This document shows positions 53,806-64,000 of a stretch of DNA of 64,000 nucleotides, piece by piece; position 1 is the stretch's first letter; the number at the start of each line of letters is the position of its first letter. This DNA comes from Bigelowiella natans CCMP2755 (taxonomy: Eukaryota > Protista > Cercozoa). Made by a program: the position numbers and the translations under genes. The stretch spans positions 62,717 through 126,716 of the forward strand of contig ADNK01000631.1 in assembly GCA_000320545.1 (NCBI GenBank), read 5' to 3'. The notes beneath the pieces are model-generated. The model had not been told where the DNA came from, searched no databases, and saw only the letters and a program-made list of their open reading frames with translations.

Positions 53806-54003
53806 TCATATGATGCTACATTGTGGGCGAGGTGAATTCTCCTCAGATGTACTGCCATCTCTACCACCATCATTCGTTGCTCTAGGAGAATAGGGACATT
53901 CATTAGTTTCATGCCATATGCATCTGCAGTTTTTGCAACGAGTCTTGGGTTCTGGTGGCACGTGTGCAGCCTCTTGTTTTCCAGTCACCTAGTTTCGAGC
54001 AGT

Positions 54004-54046
<43 letters not shown>

Positions 54047-55621
54047 GAGAGATGAAGATGGAATGAGAAAGAAACAAAGGGCGTGGTCGGATGTCCACTG
54101 AAGAGAAAGTACTCGGGAAAATATAACACAAGGCTCAACCTCAAGATTCTGGCATTTTGCAATGAAATTCAACGCGCAATCACAAATGCCCATTCCTTCA
54201 TTTGAGACGGCCCACCATGCTTCATGATCCTGATCAATACCTTGTAAATTGTAACATGCTTATTGATGTGAAGGAATTCATGACATCTTCATGGTAACCT
54301 TGATCGATAATCCAAAGGTCCGACTTTCCGCCTTGCTTCTCATATTCTGCGATAAACCTCTTTGATTCCGTGTAAGGTATAGTCCTATCCTCTTTACCTA
54401 GAACAGTCGAAACATGTAATGCAAGAGAGAAGCAAAGCTTTTTAATAAAACCTAGTCATTTATACGGTTCTTACTACCGTGGATAGCAAGAATCGACGGG
54501 GACTCCTTGTTTATCGAATATTCTTTTTTGCCCTTGTAGCTCGCGTAGACCTCCCACACAAGAGGTGTTCCCCAAAGGCAAACCACAGTATGGACTTTTT
54601 GCTTAAGCTCTTTTCTGTCGCCGGAGAGAGCGATGTCGCATTCAAAGAAATCGCGCCCACTGGCTAGGCCTGTTGTAGTAGCCAGCGCCGCTCCCGCCGA
54701 CTCACCAAGTACTGTAACTCGTCCCATATCCAAGTTGAATTTCTCTGAATTATCTGCCAGAAAACGCAGTGCTAATCTAGCATCACGGGCCCCAGTAAAG
54801 GCAGGTCTAAGTTGTTTATATGCCCACTCGTTCAGAGAGCCATCAGCGTTGGTGAAAAATTTCTTCCCGTGTTCGTCCCAGTCTTTTGGAACCTTTTCAA
54901 GAAAGCACTCATTGTAGGGAAAGCACGGGAATTATGGATGTTGGCTCATTCTCTCGCAACCTCATGTAAAATTGAGATGCTATGGTTGTTGATGTTGTTG
55001 TTTTTGATGATGATGATGTTGTTGTTGTGCCAGAAAACAGGATGTAATACCAAACTCTCTGCGGGGCCAAGACTGTAGTCGATAGACAAGACCGCAAATC
55101 CTCTCGATGCGAAATATCTAGCTGCATCCACAATCTCGGGTGCTGACTTTGTCCCAGCTTGAAATCCGCCTCCATGGATGAGTAGGATCACAGGCATTTT
55201 GCTGCCTTCTTTGGCATCATTCTTTGGGATGTAGCCATCTCCACGCAGCTCAACTTCCTCCCCCTTCTTGGATCCCCAGCCAGTATTGTGCTGAGCCAAT
55301 CCTTTTGTGCAACAATTAATCTGAGCTAGACGCTTATTCCTACTCATTTCAGACGGTTGGAGTGTTTTGCTACCATAAACGAGGTCTTCATGCACCTCAA
55401 CCTCGTACGCCTCTATCGCCGAAATCTCCATTGCAGGGAAGATCTATCCTTGTGAGTTATGGTGTGTCTTACTCTGATGGTCTTATTAGAGCACGTTACA
55501 GACGGTTACAGCACTACGATTTTTACAGGAGAGAAATGGAGGTGAACAGGGAAAACAACCAAGAGATATGGTGCCATAAGTTCCCACATTTTCTAAGTTT
55601 GTCGTCCTTGTTAAACGCCAT
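53806..55621 (-). CDS. Alpha/beta-hydrolase (HSL-family esterase/lipase) with C-terminal CCHC motif and CaaX box; start uncertain
   Basis: EDLVYG, PVILLIHGGGF, FAVLSIDY, VLGESAG (Ser), IHG|KEDRTIP (Asp), QDHEAW (His). The last exon contains CKNCRCIWHETNEC and ends CSII*. Confidence 0.88.
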
Positions 55622-55971
55622 CGTTTTTCGGCGTGATATGACGAGAGAGATGGATTTATTTGGGATTATTTGCATGTTGCACGTGCAGAGTTTGCGCCAC
55701 TTCTCTCTCTCTCCTCTCTGATAACGTGTGGCTGCAGGCAGCCAACGGCGAGTTTTGAGTTTTGGTTGGTCAGACGGCCCTAATTTCCTCAGAATTCTCT
55801 CCCAATAGCCAGTCGCAACACACAGTTCCATTGCATTCACCGTAAACGAGCCAGAAGAAATGGCGCCTGCCCGCTGACTCCTCTCGGAACTTATCGTGCT
55901 ATCGGGCAAACTTAGGGCTACGAGAACAAAACAGGGCGGGCACGCATAGATTAGGCATCGTAAAGCGCAGC

Positions 55972-56990
55972 ATGCGAGCAACAGTGAGGGCACTGGCCAT
56001 ACTGACGGTCACTGTGACGTCGTCGTCGATGCTAATGCCAGCCTCGCCGTACAGAAGGCCTTCCTCACCATCGGTGCCACCTGTAAGCAAGGCAGGCCGA
56101 ATTTCCTTCGGATCTAACTCGAAAGCACCTTCATGGAGCCCACAAGATTCACAGCAGCTGGTCGATACTACCCCTGCTTTGAGAAGGATCCTGTCGCAGA
56201 CAGGCATGCCCAGGACCAGACGTTCGGTGCGGCTGAACGCCGTCACCGAGAGGCAGGGGAAAATGGACATGAGAGGAGGGGGGGGTGGAGGAACAACGGG
56301 TGCTGAGTCTATGTTGCTAGCTACTGCCATCCTGTGGGGCACATATCCTCCAGCCCTCAAGGTCCTCTTCGCGCAGGAAGGAGCACCTACGGATCCGCTT
56401 CTGATTTGTGCTGTTCGCTTTGCCATCATGGCCACTGCTGCATCTTTCACCTTTGTCCCTCTACGCGATGTTGGATCGAAGGTTCGTATCATTGGGCCCC
56501 TTTGCCTTGAATTCGTGCTATGCCTGATCCTTTGACTTCTGTTGGTCGTTATTTTTTTTATTCTCGCTGATTACGTATTCTCCCTCCTCCTCCCAAAACA
56601 TGTTTTCTTGCCCCTGCCTCATCGTATTAGGTTCTATCCGGAAGGGCGGGACTGGCAGCCTTTGAATTGGGCGCATTGGGAGTTGCAGGAACACTTCTGA
56701 ATACTGCGAGTTTAGCCAGCACCTCCGCTATTCGCGTGGCAATCCTGCTTTCTCTTGTCAATGTCTTCACACCATTACTTGCAGCTCTTGTCGGTAAAAC
56801 AGCTGAAGAACGCACAGTCAAAGTGCCATCCATAATCGCCTGCATCATGGCCCTGTTCTCGACGTTATACGCTCTCAGCGACAAGGGAGCTGGTGGAGAC
56901 TCACTGGGTATCGATGGATTGACACTCGGAGACCTTGAGGCCATGGCTGCCGCTTTTGCTTACTCATCCACAAAAGTAGATTCTGCATCT

Positions 56991-57028
<38 letters not shown>

Positions 57029-57555
57029 CAGACAGACATATATTTATATATTTGCATATGCATTATAATGAGATGTGACAATTCCGTGGATTTCGCATGC
57101 TGCATGTGAAGAAAACTCGCTTCATCATCTCACCATCCGTGTGGACCGACAACCAACATCAGGTTAGGCTCGGCTCATTAACAAAGGAGATCGATGCTCC
57201 CAGCCTCAACTCCGGCCGTTTCCTTGGACAAGGAATCATAGCGTGTGCTGTTCTAGCTGCACACTTACTGACCACACAGACTTCACTACAATCAGAATGG
57301 CCCCATAGCAACGACCTGTCCCAATGGGCAATTTTGGCGTTCACGGCGCTGATATCAGGCATGCTATCCTCCATCCTACAGGCAAAAGGGCAGCAAACCG
57401 TTACACCCGCGGTAGCACAGCCGATTTTCTCTACGGTGACAGTGTGGAGCACGGTGTTCTCCGCTCTCGTCCTGCATGAAACCATAACTCCAAGTGAGAT
57501 AGTTGGAGGACTCGGGATCGTTGCCGCGTCGTTAGTTAATTCTCTCAGAATCTAG
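55972..57555 (+). CDS. EamA/DMT-family transporter with bipartite (signal plus transit-like) leader, 3 exons
   Basis: LLATAILWGTYPPALK...AVRFAI; LSLVNVFTPLL; LGDLEAMAAAFAYS; LQAKGQQTVTPAVAQPIFST...LHETITPSEIVGG. The leader is hydrophobic and then S/R/P-rich. Confidence 0.9.
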
Positions 57556-57687
57556 CACCTTACACTAACTAATAGCTTGAGAGCTTGGCCGCTTATGCTG
57601 TACGTTATTACTGGGAGTGCGTGAATAATCGTTTGAGTGAGAAACTGGGAGAAACTCTGAATTAGCGATAATGAAATATGTATTTAT

Positions 57688-57726
<39 letters not shown>

Positions 57727-58601
57727 TAAAAACTTAAATGAGAAATCGCAATATAGTTGTTGTTATAGAGTAAGGGTTCAGAATTCTGATTCCTGTATCA
57801 TTATGAAGCGGGATATCGGCATGCCATTATAAGCATGCAAGAATTCTGTATCTCCGGATGTAAAAGTTAATGATTAATAAATTGTCAATACATATTCAAG
57901 CGTATCTTACCGTTCCTGAAGAGATACCCATCCATTAAGACAAATATTTAGCTGCAGTTACGTATTCACAGCGGACACGGTCTTCCGCGCGCGCAGCATA
58001 TATTTCGTGGCATTTATCAATCTGACCGACTATGTTCTGTACAGCAGACATTGTTCCGCTATCATGACCGTGGACGCAATTGAATCAGCACTACGATGAC
58101 ACGATGGCAACGTGGAGCACGCGCGCGAGCCCACATGCGATATACATGCAGGCGCGCAATTGCATGCATATGCAAGCAGTGCGTATCTGTAACAAGGCTA
58201 GCTAGGTGTGGGTCGCGGCATGACGTGGCTCGCCGCCTCTCTGCAGCTGCATTCAACTATCTCACCAACATTTTACTAGCACACGTTCTCTATGCTGTTA
58301 TTAACGCATTTCATGTTGCGGGTTAGTTCATGCAAAGCTCGTGCTCTCCTCAATCGCCCACATATAGCACTGTACATATAGCACCGCAGCTATATGGCAA
58401 CGCATATTATGTGCACTAAATCATCATTTCACGCCCATCGATGCAATATGTGTATAAAGCATCTCGATATTATCAATATCCCTAAAGCAGTGCATATTAT
58501 TTAGACATGCCATCTCTGCTGCAGAGTAATGAGTAATGTGGAATACTCCATCACGCTTATTGCCAACACATGTATATACCTCATAAAATACTACAAAGCT
58601 G

Positions 58602-59110
58602 TCAGCTCATCATCCGGAGATTGAGGATTGTCATCAGTGGATCGAAATGAGTCCCAAAGCTGAAGCAGCCTACACCCCCGCCGACAGCCATGATTCTTGC
58701 ATGCGACTCTTTGCAGCTTCCACGGGCTGACCGCGTAGGTACTTTTGGTGGCTGTAGGCCATGAAGCTGAACTCGAATCAAAGACAGATTCTTAAAACTG
58801 AAAGGGAAGCTGTTTTTATCAATACTATCATTAGATAGTGATATTTCAGCTTCTTTCCACTCGAAACTCTCGGGTAGGAAGCATTTAGCTCTTGGCTGCT
58901 GTTGTGCATCTTCTATCCTTGTCAACTCATCGTGAGGACGGACCCCACCAACGACGACCAAACGCCAGCGCATGTCCGAAAACTGAAGACAATATACCGT
59001 ACCATTCGCCCCAAAATACATGTGTTGACTTGCAAACACAAACACACAAACACACACACACACACACACACACATACACACACACACACACATACAAACA
59101 CACAAACACA

Positions 59111-59155
<45 letters not shown>

Positions 59156-60049
59156 AAACACACGCGCGCGCGCACACACACTACCGATCTCTTTGGGTGG
59201 ATATAGCTGTCCACCATATTGGCAACACCCACTCCACACATATCGGAAAGGCTGCTTTTCATCACCACTATCATCATCTACGTCATCATCATCATCATCA
59301 TCATCATCCTCATCATGATAAACTTATCATCACCTGCGCCCAGCATGCTCCATGTGAGTACACAGCTGCCATGCCTGGTATCCGAATGGTCGAAATATGG
59401 AAGAGACTACCATTGCTGCCCTCCCCCCTCACCTGCCCCCTATTTTTCTTTCCTCCTTTGCCAAATTCAATAGAGGTGTCGTATTCCAACTTAATCAGAG
59501 TAGCACCGGCATCATCAATGGTGGGATCACAGCCTACATCGCGACAATCATCATCGGCAGCCTGCATCCCTCTTTCTCCCTTACAAAAGGGCAACTTTCG
59601 AGTCTCACGTCCACCAACAACAATACCCATTCCGACCAAAGCCAACTTGTTTCCTTCTCTTTCTTCACCTCCTAGAAATCTGCCGCTGTGGCTTCTACTG
59701 CGGACGGTCCTGTGAAAGCGAGGTGCAAGGATTTCGTGGAGGCTCGGAGGTACCGTGGAGAAGGAAGATGAGAAGGAGGGGGGGGGCAGTGGCCCCGACA
59801 CCTAAAGATATGACAGTGATGTGTCACTCGTTACTCATAGTAGTAGTAATAGTAGTAGTAGTAGTAGTAGGTTCTGCTGACAACATCAAGAGATAGTTTC
59901 TTCTCGAGGCATAGACTTTGTGAGAGGAGGCATGCACAATAAACGAAGATATCACAAGTGATGAGCTCTGCTTAGCGTGACCACTAGTTCGATTTTAGGG
60001 GGTTCCAAACTCATTAGATGTTTGTGCAAAAGCGTTAAAGCAAGGGCCG

Positions 60050-60092
<43 letters not shown>

Positions 60093-63000
60093 ATAGGCAA
60101 CACTTGAATAGTGTCCCTAGAACTACTACGGCTACTCCACTACTATCTCAATATTTTAGTACCACTACATTATTAATGCACATGCAATCAAACAACAATG
60201 ACCACCACCTTTGGAGCACGAAGAGACCAGTGCCAACCACCATTCACCCCGTCAGCTCTTCCCTGCAGCTTCACCTGCTTCTCCTCCTTCGCGCTACTAC
60301 TTTGTTGTGCCTTTTCTTCTATGCCCCCATTTTCATGCCCCCCCCCCTCCCCCTCCTCCTCCTCTTCCTCCTTCTTCTCTGCGGTGATAATCAGGGGAGA
60401 TTGAAGGCTTTGAAAATCTGGCCCTATTCCCCCTAAAAGTACACCAACATGCAACTGCCGTAGCCCTCCGACAGAGGGGAGGGTGGAGGACCGCGGGGAT
60501 GAGGAGGATGATGACGGATCGCTCTCTCTCCTATATTCGCTGGTGAAGCTGCTCCTACAACCCACATGCCCAAAGTAGGCAAGCTGGTGGCGGAAACGAC
60601 GAATACTGAGTGATGATGGAGACCATGATGACTCGGGTGCTAAAGAATGATAAACAACGGCAAACAGTCTCAGCTGCTGTTGATATATGTGATCTTGTCG
60701 TCACCTTCCATCTCCGATGCCTCTCCCTTCCCCCCCTCCATGCTAGAAGGGATGTGAATCGGGTACAGGCGGCAGGGTTGGCCCTCCACGCACTTGCCCC
60801 TCCTACCGTGTACCAGCTCCTCGGGGGGTATCCAGAAGGCCACATCTTCCACAAGACACGCAGGGGCGAAGATCAAGGAGATTCGAAGCAAAGAGAAAAA
60901 AGAAGTAAGGCAGACGTAACGACGGCAACTTAATAAATCCCCATCGACAGCATCAATGAGCATAAGGATTTCTCCGCCCTCAAAGAAGGGAAACAAGGAC
61001 ACCGAAAAAACGCCATGCTGCTGCGAACAGCTTCGCTCGCTTTGAGCCATCGGATCCGCGCAAAAGTTAGACATGTTCATCATCGTGACAAGATCGAGGA
61101 CTCACTGTGAAGATTCGAGGGGTTTCTCCGGCCACCTAGAATCAGGACTCCCACTTCCGCACCAAAGTAAGTAGCAGAGCTATACATGTAGTTGAGGCCA
61201 TCGTAGACGCCTTCTCTGCCCCTCCCTTTCTGTTTGCCGTTGATGATGTTCGCATCATCCAACCGTTGCTTGGATGATGCGAGTCCTGTCTCTATTGATA
61301 ATGGAAGGACTTGAACTAAGAGTTTGGGGTGTGTGCTCCTAGGGTTGTTCTTCTCCTCCTCTTCCTCCTCCTCCTCCTCCTCCTCTTCTTTCCTTTCTCT
61401 TATTTCAACCCGGAGGCACGTGTCCCTTGTGCTTTCATTGAGAACAGCGGGGTTCTCACTCGCTCCACCGAAAAGATAAATATCCGAAGTTCTGCAAAGA
61501 CCACCAATTGTCCTCCCTTGCTCCCCCGACTCGACAGCACAGCAAGCGCTTCCAAATCGGCCGCCACCAGCTAGGAATGACGATTTATCCGGTGCAGGTT
61601 TGCTGCTGCTACTTTGGACGTTCACCTCTGGGAAGGAGCGGGATTTCAGCGTAGAAGTGAAGGTTCTACTAGTATCTGCTGTGTTGACTTGACAGGGATG
61701 TGAGGCCATAAACGGCTGCATAGCTGATGAAGGAGGAGCAAACGCCTCTATGCTAATATCAGCTTTCTGAGAAGAAAGAGAAGAAGCAGCAGTAGCAGGG
61801 GCAATATCGTCGCTTGCGTGCTTCTCAGGAACCTGGTAGTTGCTTGCCATACAAATACCTAAAGATCCATAACAGTGTGAAGTTGGGGAACGTGATGATG
61901 ATAATAACGATGATGATGCTGATTACGATGATGATGCTGATGATGCTGATGATGCTGATGATGCTGATTGTGCTGATGATGATTATGATGCTGCTGCTGC
62001 TGATGATGATGAAAAATGGGAAACAGGAATATATGCACTCCATTATCTTGTATGTGTACGCATTCAGGTCGCGCATGTGCCTTATTATCATAATTATCAT
62101 TTCTGATAGTACAGTAATATTTGCAGTGTAGATCAAACTCCTCGTATTCATCAAAGGCCTCTCGACCGTCGTTCTGTGTAGATTAGTGAGAATATTTTTA
62201 TCTTGATGAAAGCTGAGTGGTTAAGATGGTGATGTGATGACGACGACGATGATGATCTGGCACTACGGTAAAGCAGGATCATATGGTAGTGTTGGAAACG
62301 TATTAAATTCGTACTACAGCTACGAGAGCCTTACCAAATAATCTGATTGTAGCTGCAGCTGCTTTGTTAGCTGATGGAACGCCACGTCTACCAGCATGCA
62401 AGAAGGCGAGCTCCAAAATCTAAGCCAAGAGAAGACGAAGAAGAAGAAGATGAGGATGATGAAACAGATAAAGAATGAATAGATTTCCAGCAATTATGCA
62501 GACACGAATGGAGAAGTATCATAGAAAGGGAAAAGAGAGAGATTGGGAGAGAGATGTGAAAATTGTGCATTATTAAGTTTCACTGTATTCATGGATGGCG
62601 CTGTGACATCTCTCCTCCTCTTTAATTCCAATGATCAAATACACGCACACACAAACGAATGCACATAAAAACATATAATATACTATGCGTGTGCGTTTGT
62701 GGGTGGTCGCGGGCATGCGTGTGAGTTCGTGTCATCTCAGAAATCAGACCACCCGTTTTCGCACATCCTTTGTTGTAATTGCCGGGGGGTTTTGTGATGT
62801 ATGAAGCCCTGAGGAGGAGGTAAAGAATCACGCAAGACGTCGCATCGACCTCATTTACACACACACACACACACACGCGCACACGCACACACGCACACAC
62901 ACAAACACACACACACACACACACTCGCAATCAGCTGCTGCCACGATATCTACCTTGAGGGGAGCGCCTCGAAGTGCGAGAGACCTCTTCATGTACATCC

Positions 63001-63710
63001 CGAAGCACTACATGAAGTGTTCATAGAATAGCGCGGTGATAATGATGGTGAGCGATGATGGTGAGAGAAACGAGTAAGCGGGACGACTACAGAAGATGAT
63101 ATCAAAGGAAGAACATGCAATTGTGCCCTGTTGCTATATCACCCGCACTACTGACTTTTCATCCTCCTCATCACTATCGGAGGACGAAGAAGAAGAAGAA
63201 GAAGAAGAAGAAGAAGAAGAAGAAGAGGGGGAAGAATACACGAATACTTAAATCGGACATCGTCATCGTCATCCTCGCTGTCGCAGATTATGGTCTGGTC
63301 ATAACTTGCAAATGTTGCCCTAATTGATTGATTCAAGGGGGATGGTAAAGAGTGGCGGGGGCATGCAAACACGATTCGTGGAGAATGAGATTTAAGGACA
63401 GGACAGAAAAAGCAGTACTGTGTGGTTGGGGGGGGGTTAGAAACGGGAGACTCGGCGTATTGCACGTGTATCTTCGGGCAATTGGCAAAAGAATACCGTG
63501 AGAAGTGGTCAGAAAAGGCTCGTAGCGCACGCGATGATGTCTCTAAGATGACATTATCATGGTGAATTATAGAAAATCCATTGTTTCTCCATAGCGTTCA
63601 TGATTTATTTATCAACATCGTCTGTTTTCTCTGATTAGTTAACATATCTCTAACATCTCGACCTGGCTCTAAATATTGCAGCACACACTCTGCGAATATC
63701 AGTGTCGGGG
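58602..63710 (-). CDS. TYW4: tRNA wybutosine-synthesizing protein 4 / leucine carboxyl methyltransferase 2 (LCM plus Kelch); 5' end outside the window
   Basis: LCM motifs [54 protein letters not shown]. Kelch motifs RFGSACC..IYLFGG and ILGGRRNP. C-terminal [15 protein letters not shown]. Confidence 0.9.
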
Positions 63711-63781
63711 CCTGCAAGCACGATTCAGCCCATACGTCGCCAATAAACGACATCAACATATGTAGTACTTTGAGAAATTAA

Positions 63782-63861
<80 letters not shown>

Positions 63862-64000
63862 ATGTGTGTGTGTGCGTGTGTGTGTATATATATATTTTTT
63901 TTTATACATATATATATCTATCTCGCGCGCGCGCACACACACACACACACTCAGAGTGTGTGTGGCGCTCTATCGAGAGCGAGCTCGGTGTGTGAGATAT

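Larger units (their letters stand above)
1..64000. repeat. Abundant microsatellites, mostly intronic: (CA)n, (CT)n, (AT)n, (TAG)n, (CAT)n, (GAA)n, (CAG)n, poly-G/C
   Basis: Directly visible, e.g. (GAA)n ~345-400, (TAG)n ~520-560, (AT)n ~17487-17535 and 42682-42730, compound (CA)n 59035-59180, poly-G ~46625-46648, poly-C ~51419-51443. They explain most of the spurious low-complexity ORFs. Confidence 0.98.

Noticed and set aside
1-64000. CRISPR arrays, rRNA, tRNA, intact transposase or reverse transcriptase
   Set aside because: No repeat-spacer periodicity, recognisable RNA gene or catalytic motif was seen by eye. A tRNAscan/Rfam run would be needed to exclude small RNAs.
63780-64000. Self-complementary AT/GT/AC tract at the window end
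   Set aside because: Compound microsatellite in a TYW4 intron, possibly low-quality sequence. The fold-back arises trivially from (GT)n and (AC)n.

Overview
Eukaryotic nuclear DNA. It is gene-dense and very intron-rich (GT-AG introns packed with microsatellites), and several proteins carry signal-peptide plus transit-like leaders. This suggests an alga with a secondary plastid, most likely a chlorarachniophyte (inference, not proven). About 18 spliced genes were reconstructed by hand. They include an SRPBCC protein, OGFOD3-like and AlkB-like 2OG-Fe(II) oxygenases, an ER-type cyclophilin, WBP11, an extended-PHD protein, a C2H2 zinc-finger protein, a DOMON-cytochrome b561, a phosphoglycerate dehydrogenase with a mitochondrial-type leader, V-ATPase subunit D, a TPR protein, an HSL-family esterase, an EamA transporter and TYW4/LCMT2. 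The most striking signal is not a gene. Four patches outside the intact genes (~2.85-4.3, 20.5-21.9, 37.9-38.9 and 45.3-46.0 kb) have lost almost all TpA dinucleotides except those in CTAG and in the half-matching CTAN/NTAG contexts, and they are rich in TGCA/CATG. One patch overlaps an intronless, frameshifted PARP-like gene whose 5' half is Tyr-poor and Cys/His-rich. This fits a localized, context-specific TA->TG/CA hypermutation process, a mirror image of fungal RIP. Exon boundaries and dinucleotide counts are manual and approximate.
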